Below, in pieces: positions 25,673-37,982 of a DNA stretch of 64,000 nt (position 1 is the first letter of the stretch; each line of letters starts with the position of its first letter). Source of the stretch: Octopus sinensis (taxonomy: Eukaryota); assembly GCF_006345805.1 (NCBI RefSeq), contig NC_043006.1, positions 16,058,001-16,122,000 of the forward strand. Direction: 5' to 3'. The notes under the pieces were generated by a model that did no database searches, was not told the DNA's origin, and saw only the letters and a list, made by a program, of their open reading frames with translations. The translations under genes were made by a program, and so were the position numbers.

Positions 25673-25919
25673 AATATATCTGATTGTCATCATAGTTTTC
25701 CTGAAACCTATATACTGGGAAACTAGCTAGTGGGTTGCCATATGATGTATTAGCCATACCTATTTTCAAATCGCGCTTTCGTTCCTAAACACAGGCTTCA
25801 ATGTGCCATTCCACGTTTAATGAAAGCACATAGTAGCGTGTAACAGGGTTTTCGCATTCTGTAACATATTGATCAAATTTCCAGCTCCTCTCTCGAGGGA
25901 ATGTTGACTTCTCCATTAC

Positions 25920-25958
<39 letters not shown>

Positions 25959-26149
25959 CATTATTATCATCATTATTATATCATCATTATTTCGGTTGAA
26001 ACAGAGATACAGCACCTTCCTTCTCACATTCTCCATAATAAATTCATCTGGAAAGGAGAAACCATCTCTTGTAACATACCTTCATGACTGCTCCTTTAGC
26101 ATGAATTGGCACAAATTGTCTCACTCATTTTGTTTGGCACTATTACATA

Positions 26150-26318
26150 CATATATACGACGGGCTTCTTTCAGTTTCCGTCTACCAAATCAACTCACAA
26201 GGTTTTGGTCGGCCCGAGGCTATAGTAGAAGACACTTGCCCAAGATAACATGCAGTGGGACTGAACCCGGAACCATGTGGTTGGTAAGCAAGCTACTTAC
26301 CACACAGCCACTCCTGCC
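26150..26318 (-). mobile_element. SINE family B, 5' half only
   Basis: Reverse match to the family B head. Confidence 0.9.
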
Positions 26319-26827
26319 ACTGTTTATACTGTTTAATTTTTCAATCAAATTAATGTTTCTAATTTTGTGAGTGTGTGCGCGCCCCCGCGTGCGTGATGGG
26401 TGCGTGTGTGTGTGTGTGTGATTTCTATTATACAAGTGAGTGTTTAATTTTGAAGCCCTGCTTACATGTTTGATATTTTTATAGCTTGAATTATCTAAAT
26501 TTTTTAAAACTTTTTCATCTTTCATTTGGCAACAACTTAAGGGCGTGTTTATCGTAGATTACTTCTACTCCCACTTCGGCGATCACCTTTTATTCCAATC
26601 TCTAAAGCAGCCTGGCACCGCGTGTAAACAGATGGTTCTTTTGCATAACTGTGTAAACAGTTAACATGACCAAAGGTAAACCTTTCTTCTACCCTAGTTA
26701 ATAGAGTGCATCCTGGAGCAGATCAAAAGTCTTCCGTTCGTAAATTTAGAACCACGCAAGTGAAAAAGAAATATTCTTAACTTAATCCAGTTAAAAACTA
26801 TTTTCTCCGCGGCGCTTTCAAATTAAA

Positions 26828-27087
26828 CTAATAATAATAATAATAATATAATAATAATAATAATAATAAATAATAATAATAATATAATAAGAATAATAAT
26901 AATAATAATAATAATAACAATAATAATAATATAATAATAATAATAACAATAATATAATAATAATAATAATAATATAATAATATAATAATATAATAATAAT
27001 AATAATAATAATAACAACAACAACAACAATAATAATAATAATAATATAATAATAATAATAATAATAATATAATAATAACAATAATAA
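26828..27087. repeat. (AAT)n microsatellite
   Basis: Direct inspection. Confidence 0.97.
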
Positions 27088-27252
27088 GGCGCAGGAGTGG
27101 CTGTGTGGTAAGTAGCTTTCTAACCAACCACATGGTTCCGGGTTCAGTCCCACTGCGTGGCACTTTGGGCAAGTGTCTTCTGCTTTAGCCCCGGGTCGAC
27201 TAATGCCTTGTGAGTGGATTTGGTAGACGGAAACTGGAAGAAGCCTGTCGTA

Positions 27253-27303
<51 letters not shown>

Positions 27304-27520
27304 TTCTGTGTCTGTGTTTGTCCCCCTAGCATTGCTTGACAACCGATGCTGGTGTGTTTACGTCCCCGTGACTTAGCGGTTCGGCAAAAAGAGACCGATA
27401 GAATAAGTACTGGGCTTACAAAAAAGAATAAGTCCCGGGGTCGATTTGCTCGACTAAAGGCGGTGCTCCAGCATGGCCGCAGTCAAATGACTGAAACAAC
27501 TAAAAGAGTAAAAGAGTAAA
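27088..27520 (+). mobile_element. SINE family B, full-length
   Basis: Matches family B. Confidence 0.96.
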
Positions 27521-27532
27521 GAGAGAGAGAGA

Positions 27533-28057
27533 GTGCCAGACAGTGCTCCTCATGGCTTTAGATCTTAACTGATTGGAAGTGTTATGTACACTGTTTTGTC
27601 TCGGTGTAAAAGATGGGTTACAGCAATTATTCTGCTCAATACCACATATTTGCTTGTCAATTTTTTACCATAACGAGTCGAGCATGTCCCTTAGTAGCTG
27701 ACGATATGTGCATCTCTGATCACGAGCAGAAGTAGTGGGAGGGCATCATAACCATGTGTTGAGAGGGATTCTTTGGGGTTTGGATAATTCACCTCTGGAA
27801 ACATGGGGGTTTTGTTCAACGTCCTTAAACAATCCTTATTCAGCGACCTTTTGAGCGAGATAGACAACTCGAGCTGAAGAAAATTCTAACTGGACCCCTA
27901 CCTGGAAATCATGCGCTGTTTATCTTGATATGAGATCACCATGTCGCGCACATATGGTTGTGAAGCATGTGCCTGGTGTACCCTTATCAGACGGATAACT
28001 GAGCTTCGTATATTTTATCCCAGTGTCACTGTGATGGCATGTGCTGCTCTTTCACTC
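27533..28057 (+). mobile_element. Unclassified ~520-bp interspersed repeat (family E) ending in an (AAT)n tail; probable retroelement 3' end
   Basis: Second inverted partial copy at ~29945-30190; ends ...CTCTTTCACTC(AAT)n. Confidence 0.75.
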
Positions 28058-28099
<42 letters not shown>

Positions 28100-28184
28100 G
28101 ATAACAGTACAGAAAATGTGTGTGTGTGCGTGTGTGTGTGTGTCTTGCTTTTCATAACAATGATAATGACAATAACAATAAGAA

Positions 28185-28345
28185 GACGGCAGATGTGGCG
28201 GCGGCGGCGGCGGTAGTGGCGGCGGCGGTGACGGTTGCTGCAGCGGTGGCAGTGGTGGCGGCGGTGGCGGTGATGGTGGCGGTGGCGGCGGTGGCGGTGA
28301 TGGTGGTGATGGCGGCGGTGGCGCGCGGCGTCGGTGCGACACTGA
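28185..28345. repeat. GC-rich (GGC/GGT)n low-complexity tract
   Basis: Direct inspection. Confidence 0.9.
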
Positions 28346-29125
28346 TGATAATGATGATGAAGGAGCAGAAGACGTAGGGATGGACAAATATTGATTTTCT
28401 TTTGAATGATGAATCCCAGATTGTTTTATTTAGATTTTGCGTTTTTTTTTGTGTGTGTTTTTTTCTCCTCTTTTTCGTATATATTCGTTTTTCATTCTTT
28501 TCAGGAAAAAAAAAAAAAAAGAGAATCAAAAACTACAAAAAAGCGAATCTTTATTTCTGTGATTGTTTGCCGAAAGAATAGATTCTGAATAAATTTTTTT
28601 TTTTTCAGTGCAACAAAAATATAACGGTAAGAAGCAAAAGAAATTAAAACAAAAATGGATGAGTGCAAATTATGTTACAGAAAAGACATAAAACTAAAGA
28701 AACTTGGAGGCCTGCTTCTTTATGTGACTTTAATTATTTTCTTCTTTTTGTGTTAAACTTTTCATTAAACAGTTGACAGCATTCCAAAAGATGTATTATA
28801 TTGGCTTGCATTTTTTGGGGTGTTTTTGTTTACTAAGTCTCAAGGAAGGGGCAGAGCTCGTGACCCTTGCAGGCCCTACGAGGTTAGTGGAATTGATGCG
28901 GTTAATGTTCTATTTAAACTGTCGTAACACAAATATGAGCAACAAGGAGATTCCAGAGCACAGTTGTTCTAGGGGTGACGTTATGGGCATAGTGATTGGT
29001 GCAAGGAATGAGGTGGGTTTGGATGCACCAAGGGTACTGAGACGTAAGGAGATGAGTGGGTTAGAGATGCCAGATTAGTGGAAGTATAAGACCAGCCGAT
29101 CCGAGGAACTGAGGTCATTATAATA

Positions 29126-29613
29126 TATTTCTTTATTGCCCACAATGGGCTAAACACAGAGGGGACAAACAAGGACAGACAAAGGGATTAAGTCGATTAC
29201 ATCGACCCCTGTACGAAACTGGTACTTTATTTATCGACCCTGAAAGGATGAAAGGCAAAGTCGACCTCGGCGGAAATTCAACTCAGAACATAACGACAGA
29301 CGAAATACCTATTTCTTTACTACCCACAAGGGGCTAAACACAGATGGGACAAACAAGGACAGACAAACGGATTAAGTCGATTACATCGGCCCCAGTGCGA
29401 AACTGATACTTTATTTATCGACCCCGAAAGGATGAAAGGCAAAGTCGACCTCGGCGGAATTTGAACTCAGACCGTAACGACAGACGAAATACCGCTAAGC
29501 ATTTCGCCCGGCGCGCTAACGTGTCTGCCAGCTTGCCGCCTTAAATGTAAAGACGAACGAAATGCCGGTAAGAATTTTGTCCGATGCGCTAACGATTCTG
29601 CCAGCTCGCCACC
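29126..29613 (-). mobile_element. SINE family A trimer (old head, full copy, 5'-truncated copy) under one 16-bp TSD
   Basis: TGAGGTCATTATAATA at 29110-29125 and 29619-29634; junction AAAGAAATAG|GTATTTC at 29308. Confidence 0.92.
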
Positions 29614-29944
29614 TCATTTGAGGTCATTATAATAGCAAAGGAAAAAACAGAGAAGGAAGACAGCACGCCAGAGTCCGGAGTGGGTTCATTAGCGTTCAAC
29701 GCTAATCAACCAATTGGGCGTTCTCTGGATGTGATCCGGGATGTATGTGCATATAGCAGCAGTGTTGTATTATATATGGAAACAATACTTCATTGTAATC
29801 CTCACTTGAGTCTTGTTGAGACTCAACAGCTGTTGAGGGTTGAGATATTTTCTGGCCATAAAAAGATGTATTATTCTTTTGGATGGGGCCTTAACTACGC
29901 TAACGTTGAGCTTTCGCGAGAATATATCTGCGGTGATAGCGAGG

Positions 29945-30190
29945 CGACGCCAGCATGTGTGCGATATTGTGATCTTATATCAAGGTGGATATTATATGCA
30001 GGTGGGTCCCAGTTAGAATTTTTTCAGGTTGAGTAACCTATCCCGTTCAAAAGCTCTCTCAATAAAGTTTCTTTAAGGATGATGAACAAAATACCCATGT
30101 TTCCAAAGGTGAATTATTCAAACCCCACATAATTCCTCTCAACACATGGCTATGATGCTCACCCACTAATTCTGCTCGTGATCAGATGTG
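29945..30190 (-). mobile_element. Family E partial copy
   Basis: Reverse match to ~27715-27950. Confidence 0.75.
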
Positions 30191-30519
30191 GTGCAGCGAT
30201 GCGTTCTTGATATAAGCAGTACTTAAGTATATTTTGCTTTTTTTTTACTGTGAAAAGAGAATACACCCGCCAATGATTCATTGTTCTTTTTATCTCTTCT
30301 TTTTTCTCGACTGGACTCTGTTGTTTACTCCCGAATTTACGTTAGTCCAGCGACCATTCCGTATTCTTTACGTTGCCAAGTTCACAATATTTTCACAGCC
30401 AGTTCAAAACCGTCCACGTTACAAAGATGCCACTGTTTGCATTAACTGACTCACATTCATCGTCGTATCGAACCGACTTAGACTTATAAACCGTTCTCCT
30501 CGCAGCAAAGATGCCATAA

Positions 30520-30736
30520 GGCGGCGAGCTGACAGACTCGTTAGCACGCCGGGCGAAATGCGTAGCCGTATTTCGTCTGCCGTTATGTTCTGAGTTCAAA
30601 TTCCACCGAGGTCGACTTTGCCTTTCATCCTTTCTGGGTCGATAATTTAAGTACCAGTTACGCCCTGGGGTCGATGTAATCGACATAATCCGTTTGTCCC
30701 CTCTCTGTTTAGCCCCTTGTGGGCAGTAGTGAAATA
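30520..30736 (+). mobile_element. SINE family A, tail type a
   Basis: Matches the family A consensus. Confidence 0.95.
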
Positions 30737-31055
30737 CATTGTTCACCTTAACTGCCGAAACCAAATACTGTGTCAGTTGTTCCACACGAATTTCCCGGCA
30801 CCATCTCACACATCGGCTGCCTCATATCTACCTGCATGGCACCGACTGCCGTATCAACTATTCACACCAACCACTCACGAACGTCAACCGACGCATCTTG
30901 TCTTCCAGTACAGACTAACTCACTCGCCACGTGTTCACTAGTCGTATTTATAGTTCGCCCACACAGTAAAAAGCGCGCTAAATCATACCGCCTACGTCAC
31001 CACAATGATTATTTTTCGTCCTTACATACACACATACATACATACATACATACAT

Positions 31056-31463
31056 GCGCAGGAGTGGCTGTGTGGTAAGTAGCTTGTCTACCAACCACAT
31101 GGTTGCGGGTTCAGTCCCACTGCGTGGCACCTTGGGCAAGTGTCTTCTACTATAGCCTCGGGCCGACCAAAGCCTTGAGTGGATTTGGTAGACGGAAACT
31201 GAAAGAAGCCCGTCGTATATATGTATATATATATATGCGAGTGTGTATTTGTGTGTCTATGTTTGTCCCCCTAGCATTGCTTGACAACCGATGCTGGTGT
31301 GTTTATGTCCCCGTTACTTAGCGGTTCGACAAAAAGAGACCGATAGAATAAGTACTGGGCTTACAAAAGAATAAGTCTCGGGGTCCAGTTGCTCGACTAA
31401 AGGCGGTGCTCCAGCATGGCCGCAGTCAAATGACTGAAACAGGTAAAAGAAAAGAAAAGAAAA
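31056..31463 (+). mobile_element. SINE family B inserted in a (TACA)n tract
   Basis: Full match; (TACA)n on both sides. Confidence 0.95.
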
Positions 31464-31933
31464 ATACATACATACATACATCAATGCGTATTATCTCCTG
31501 TATTTTGCATTTAACATGTTTTTCTCGGTAAGGAAAGGTTCAGATCGCTATAAATAAATTGATTCAGAATTTTGCCAGCCCTCAGAGTAACGAGACCTCC
31601 TTACTACAACTGCACGTGTGTTCAAGTAAGTTTGAATGCACCACACAATTTTTAACGCTCTTGTTACTTACCTATAATAAATGTCTTTAGATTGTATGGT
31701 GCCAGGTAATCATTTCAAGTAACTTTATACAGGAATTTTTTACAATATTTTAGTTGTTTTTATTCTTGTTGTTATGGAGCATCTGTGATCATCTCATCAT
31801 CGGCTATCACTATATATAATCTAAAGTGTTTCTTCTTTTAAATACAGTAAAGTGTGATTTGAAGAAGATTTGGAATCTATTCCTATCTCATTAGATGATA
31901 CCCTCGTTGTCAAAGCTATATGTTCTTGTTAGA

Positions 31934-32165
31934 AGGCAGCGAGCTGGCAGAAACGTTAGCACACCGGGCGAAATGCGTAGCCGTATTTCGTCTGTCATTA
32001 CGTTCCGAGTTCAAATTCCACCGAGGTCGACTTTGTCTTTCATCCTTTCGGGGTCGATAAATTAAGTACTAGTTACGCACTGGGGTCGATGTAATCGACT
32101 TAATCCCTTTACCAGTCCTTGTTTGTCCCCTCTATGTTTAGCCCCTTGTGGGTAGTAAAGAAATA
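31934..32165 (+). mobile_element. SINE family A, tail type a
   Basis: Perfect 17-bp TSD TATATGTTCTTGTTAGA (31917-31933 / 32166-32182). Confidence 0.97.
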
Positions 32166-32925
32166 TATATGTTCTTGTTAGAGATATTAGTCCCAAAATG
32201 TGTTGGTGTGCACCGTAAAACAAATTTTGACTTATCGTTCTCCGCCTAGAATTTACGACTTAGGTTAAAGCCTTATTTCAACCTCGTTATTTCCTCCTCT
32301 AAAAAATTAGAAAAGGAGTGAAAATCACAACCTTCATTTTCTCATAAACTAAAATTAAATAGACTGTTTTTACGAGTTTGATTAATACTTCCTATCACGA
32401 AACGTTAAGAAATTAAGAGTACTTTTTGCAGCAGTGTATGAGATTTTTGTGTCCTTTGTTATATATGTACGATCCGATGTGTCCATATGTGTCAGGAGTG
32501 GGGGTAGGAGTGTATGTGTAGTCAAACGTTTAATCGATGCATTAAAGCTAAGAAAATAAATGAAATATTTCCTTACGATTTTTAAAAAAAAAAACGTGGC
32601 ATTTATATAAAAGAAACAGAAATTTGAAATGTGATCTATAACATCAAAATATTGGAGTTAGCTTATTGAACCGAACAGCTTGAATTTACAGAAATACAAA
32701 TACATAACGTTTGTTTTTTTTACAACATATATTTTATTAAATATTTGCAGAAGCCACATAGCTCCAAAGGGATGAATTGAATATCGTTAAGATATTCAAT
32801 GACTGGAATTGAATATCGGTAAGATTCACAGGTAAATGAAACCTTAGAATATATTATGTTATTTTTTAATTATTATTGATATATATGTATGTATATATAT
32901 ATGTGTGTGTGTGTATGTATGTATG

Positions 32926-33007
<82 letters not shown>

Positions 33008-33873
33008 TGTGTTTGTGTGTAGATATATAGATATATACTCGAACTTTTCACCTTACCTGTTATAACTAGTATATACATTTGCTCCCAAACAATATTATCT
33101 TGTAGTTACAGATTTTCAATTTGATTAATTTTTTCCCAATATGTTTGGATTTTTTTTAATTTGCGCTTTCTTGATATCACGATCCGGAAGCGTTCAAGCT
33201 ATGGAGAAAAAAGGTGAATAAAACTAGTTTTATTCAATTTATTTCTTTTGGAGAATTATACGAGTTGAAAACATCTTGCTTGTTAAAAACTGATCCTTCT
33301 TAGAACTGTTACACAGAAGAAACAAAATGGAGAAGTATATACGGATTACTTTATATTATTATATACTCTGTTTTCTGTATATATTTCAAAATTATATTTC
33401 TCTAGATTTATAAATTATTTTCTAACTGTTCGTGTAAACTTCATATTGCAGTGAAAACTTGAATGCTTCATTACATTTTATTCAATCAAATAGTGGGATG
33501 TCAATTTTGTTTCAAAGTTTCCTCTTTGTTGTTATAATTTAGAAGAAAACCAACGAAAAGATCGTTGGCTCCTCCTTGCGAAGCATCGATGATTTATCTT
33601 TGACATCTGCATTGAGCAACGACAAACAAGCTGGCAAATTCTGTATCAGATTGTGTTTGCATTGACCGGCCTGTATCCTTGCGGTATTGTGTGGTCACTT
33701 AGTTTAAATATTTTACATTATTTGTGAGTGACTGCTGTGTAGTTCTTTGAGACGACGGTAAACCAAAGCTCGCTATTACGAAAGCTTACACAAATGAAAT
33801 AAAGCCGTACTGATTATATTATGTGAAATGTGTTTAAATAAGTTGAGGTAAGAAACCATTATTATTATTATTA

Positions 33874-33904
<31 letters not shown>

Positions 33905-34645
33905 TAGAAAGCCTCCATTTTACTTTGTGATAGAAAATTTATTTTATTTATTCATTTTTTTTTTGTTTTCCTGTATGTCAATACCTAGGGTTGTGACAAT
34001 GGTTAAGTGAAACGAATCGGTGACGCCAATCGATAATAGTCGTTGACAATAATATAATTGGAGACACCAAAATACAATCTAACTAGTGAATCATGATTTA
34101 GTGGATAATTCCGAAGAAAATCTACTGCAGTTAAAAGCACTTGTATATTTATTGCTTTTCGAGAAGCTTTAAAAATCATGTCAGAAGATATTTCGATTGC
34201 ATACAGTCAAGAAAACATAGGCGTCTACACTGTTAAAGTAACACCAAATCTATACAAAATAATGGTTTATAGAATTCTGATTCCGACAACATTATGCTTT
34301 CATCGTCTTGATGCCTTAGATTCAATTTCCATCCTACTGCACCTGTCTCGTACTGTATTTTATTTCTCAGACTGCACCAAACAAAGTGTCCAAGTTTTCT
34401 TTGCCTAGAATTGAATCTTTTTCAACAGTGATTTCCTCGTTAAGTTTTGTTTCCAGTTTGTAGACTAATAGTCTAAACAAGACTTCGAATGCATTAACAT
34501 CCTCTGTATATTATTATAATATGATTCGATGGTAGAAGATTGTTCCCATAGCGTACTGGATCTTAGAAGCGATATTAAGCATTTCGTCATTATCAATGTA
34601 TATCAAAATGGTAGAGCCCACATCTTTCCTAGCTATACTTACATG

Positions 34646-35065
34646 AAACCATTTTCATACCAACCGAAATGAGACTGTCCTGGTTTTGTTTTATGATATA
34701 AATTTCTGTCTTAAATTCCATGTTAATTTATGTTCTAAACACCAGCTTAATAATGACAAATTATTTTATTAAACTATTCCCAAAATTATTTGAAACACAG
34801 GCAGTGTATTTCAGAAAATATGATAACAAGAGGGTTATATTCTAAACCCCAGCTTAATTAATTATTAAGTTATTTTATTAAATTAATTATTTCCATAATT
34901 ATTTGAAACAAAGGCTGTGTATTTCGGAAAATATGATAACAAGAAGGTTATATTCTAAACACCAGCTTAGTCAGTTATTAAGTTATTTTATTAAATTAAT
35001 TATTTCCATAATTATTTGAAACAAAAGTAGTGTATTTCAAAAGAAATATCTAACAAAAGAGTTTA
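34646..35065. mobile_element. MITE-like repeat with a tandemly amplified ~110-bp right end (3 units)
   Basis: AACCATTTTCATACC ... GATAACAAGAGGGTTA loosely inverted ends; TTCTAAACACCAGCTT unit repeated at ~34734, ~34840 and ~34950. Confidence 0.6.
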
Positions 35066-35472
35066 ATTAGCAAGCGAAACATTTGTCGAATTCTATTTTA
35101 CATACTTGCTGCACCTTACAGTGAAAAGCTACTCTCTAACTGTGATACTCGTACCTGCTGAAGAGGAGGACCAAACAAAAACAACAGGTGGTGCTGTGTA
35201 TTTCGGAAAATATGATAACAAGAGGGTTATATTCTAAACACCAGCTTAGTCAGTTATTAAGTTATTTTATTAAATTAATTATTTCCATAATTATTTGAAA
35301 CAAAAGTAGTGTATTTCAAAAGAAATATCTAACAAAAGAGTTTAATTAGCAAGCGAAACATTTGTCGAATTCTATTTTACATACTTGCTGCACCTTACAG
35401 TGAAAAGCTACTCTCTAACTGTGATACTCGTACCTGCTGAAGAGGAGGACCAAACAAAAACAACAGGTGGTG
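34915..35472 (+). repeat. 279-bp near-perfect tandem duplication
   Basis: 34915-35193 vs 35194-35472; one mismatch seen. Confidence 0.92.
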
Positions 35473-36044
35473 TATAACCTTTTCACTCTAACAAATAAAA
35501 GAACTAAAAACCTGGCATTCAGTTCAAAATTTAACAAAACAATTACTAAAAACTACAAAAATGAAATAAATATAATTGAAATCTTACTGAGATACTAAGA
35601 AACAGAAATGATTACATTTGAGTGATAGAATATTTTCTTTTTGATAATAGACACAACGTTATGTTTCGAGGGGAACTTGAAATTTTCTTATAATTTACAT
35701 ATTTCTTTCCTCGCAAAATAAATGTTGTGAGAGGAAACGATATAATTACATACACAAATAAACAACCATGTTACAAGATTACACTCCAGATAATAGAGCT
35801 TCACCTCAATATATTTCTGTTAAAATAAACTTTATTTCAATTATTTAAGCGTCTCGTAGCGACTGCTGTAAAACAAGCACTAAACTTCCATTAGAGTGAG
35901 AGTGCTACGATGCTTTGAACTACAGTTCAAATTCATTCACGTTCCCAATCGCTATTTTTTTTTATTTTTGTGCGTAGTTCATAAATATCACAATATATTT
36001 CTTTCTTCTGTTTCAAACACATACATAGGCACATGTGTGAATGT

Positions 36045-36046
36045 AC

Positions 36047-36088
<42 letters not shown>

Positions 36089-36120
36089 ATGCACATATAT
36101 ATTTATACATACATACCTGT

Positions 36121-36168
<48 letters not shown>

Positions 36169-36182
36169 TGTATTATGTATAA

Positions 36183-36214
<32 letters not shown>

Positions 36215-36222
36215 AGAGATAG

Positions 36223-36275
<53 letters not shown>

Positions 36276-36336
36276 CATATAAATACAGATATATACATAC
36301 ACACACACATATATATGTGCGTGTGTGCATGTATAC

Positions 36337-36370
<34 letters not shown>

Positions 36371-36765
36371 GCATGTATGTATGTATGTATATATATGAGG
36401 CGTGAAATAGTAATGATTTTTCCGACGATAATTGACAAAAGACGAGCATGTCCTTATCTTGTATTTGAATTTTACATAAGTTTCTTGGTAGTTCCTCTGT
36501 TTAATTTTTGAAACTGGTATGTGTGTGTGTGTGTACATAGATACATAGACACATACATACATACATACATACATACATGCGTACATACATATACACACAC
36601 ATATTAATACATACATACATACATACATACATACATACATACATACATACATACATACATACATACATACATACATACATACATACATACATACATACAT
36701 ACATACATACATACATACATACATACATACATACATACATACATACGTACGTACGTATGTATACA
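36045..36765. repeat. (TA)n, (TG)n and (TACA)n microsatellite cluster
   Basis: Direct inspection. Confidence 0.95.
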
Positions 36766-37297
36766 TAACGAAGCGTTTGCGCGAAGCAGATTTTATGCAT
36801 GAGCAGAATTTAGGCTAGCTGAAATATGTTTCTGGCATATCTTAACTGTTAAAATGCAATCCCACTGCAGTTACCGTGGAGTATAAATGTCTCTTAAGAT
36901 AAAATGGTGTGCAAACACCGGCTCATACAGTGTCGCCTCTATTAGCAATCTCAGACATCGATGTTTCGAGCTATTTTGCCTCTACCTAAGAGAGGCATCC
37001 TTGAACGAACTTAGAAAGCTTTAGCTTTATGTATATTCCAGTCAATATATTGACTGATTTGTGCTACTAGATCACCCGATCGAGGTAAACAACGAAGTGT
37101 TAACACGAAGCGGTGTTTAGGTTTGAGCAGAATTTAGGCAAGTGTATTTGTCTTCCAGCAGTTGAAAGATGTGACAAATATATTTCGGCTAGCCTAAATT
37201 CTGCTCATACCTAAAAACTGCTTCGTTGTTTACTTCGATCGGGCGATCTGCTAGCAAAAATCAGTCAATGTATTGACTAGATTATATATAAAGCTAT

Positions 37298-37682
37298 GTG
37301 GAGGCGCAATGGCCCAGTGGTTAGGGCAGCGGACTCGCGGTCGTAGGATCGCGGTTTCGATTCCCAGACCGGGCATTGTGAGTGTTTATTGAGCGAAAGC
37401 ACCTAAAGCTTCACAAGGCTCCTGCAGGGGGTGGTGGTGAACTCTGCTGTACTCTTTCACCACAACTTTCTCTCACTCTTACTTCCTGTTTCTGTTGTAC
37501 CTGTATTTCAAAGAGCCGGCCTTGTCACACTCCGTGTCACGCTGAATCTCCTCGAGAACTACGTTAAGGGTACACGTGTCTGTGGAATGCTCAGCCACTT
37601 GCACGTTAATTCCACGAGCAAGCTGTTCCGTTGACCGTATCAGCTGGGACCCTCATCGTAGTAACCGACGGAGTGCTACTAC
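37298..37682 (+). mobile_element. SINE family C, older copy
   Basis: 13-bp TSD TATATAAAGCTAT (37285-37297 / 37683-37695). Confidence 0.95.
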
Positions 37683-37735
37683 TATATAAAGCTATAGTTT
37701 TCTAAGTTCGTTCAGAGTTGGCTCTCTTAGATACA

Positions 37736-37781
37736 TCTCATTGACGAGAGCCAAAATAGCTCGAAACATCGATGTCTGCGA
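37736..37781 (+). ncRNA. Minimal type I hammerhead ribozyme (C3>U; predicted cleavage after GUC, C37776)
   Basis: UCUCA-UUGACGA-GAGC(caaaaua)GCUC-GAAA-CAUCGAUG-UC-UGCGA; the left-arm copy reads UGAGA, restoring a perfect stem I. Confidence 0.8.
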
Positions 37782-37945
37782 TTCCTAATAGAGGGCGACA
37801 CTGAACGAAACGGTGTTTTCACACCTTTTTACCATAAGATAAATTTATTCTCCACAGTAAGTGTAGTCTATTTGCCTTTTAGCAGTTGAAATATGTGACA
37901 AACATATTCCAAGTATCCTAAATTCTGCTCGTATATATATATATT

Positions 37946-37982
<37 letters not shown>

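Larger units (their letters stand above)
36799..37932. mobile_element. Inverted dimer of a ~325-bp hammerhead-bearing monomer (retrozyme/Penelope-LTR-like), interrupted by a family C SINE
   Basis: Left arm 36799-37140 is the reverse complement of right arm 37190-37297 + 37696-37932; terminal motif GAGCAGAATTTAGG recurs with a 324-326 bp period. Confidence 0.85.

Noticed and set aside
27690-27800. CUGACGA in family E
   Set aside because: No matching GAAA/stem III/UH arrangement
28152-28387. Gly-, Ala- or Pro-rich ORFs as a structural-protein exon
   Set aside because: Simple GGC/GGT repeat flanked by other microsatellites; no splice support
28835-29109. GC-richer fragment, possibly a LINE/LTR relic
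   Set aside because: No identifiable motif; could not classify
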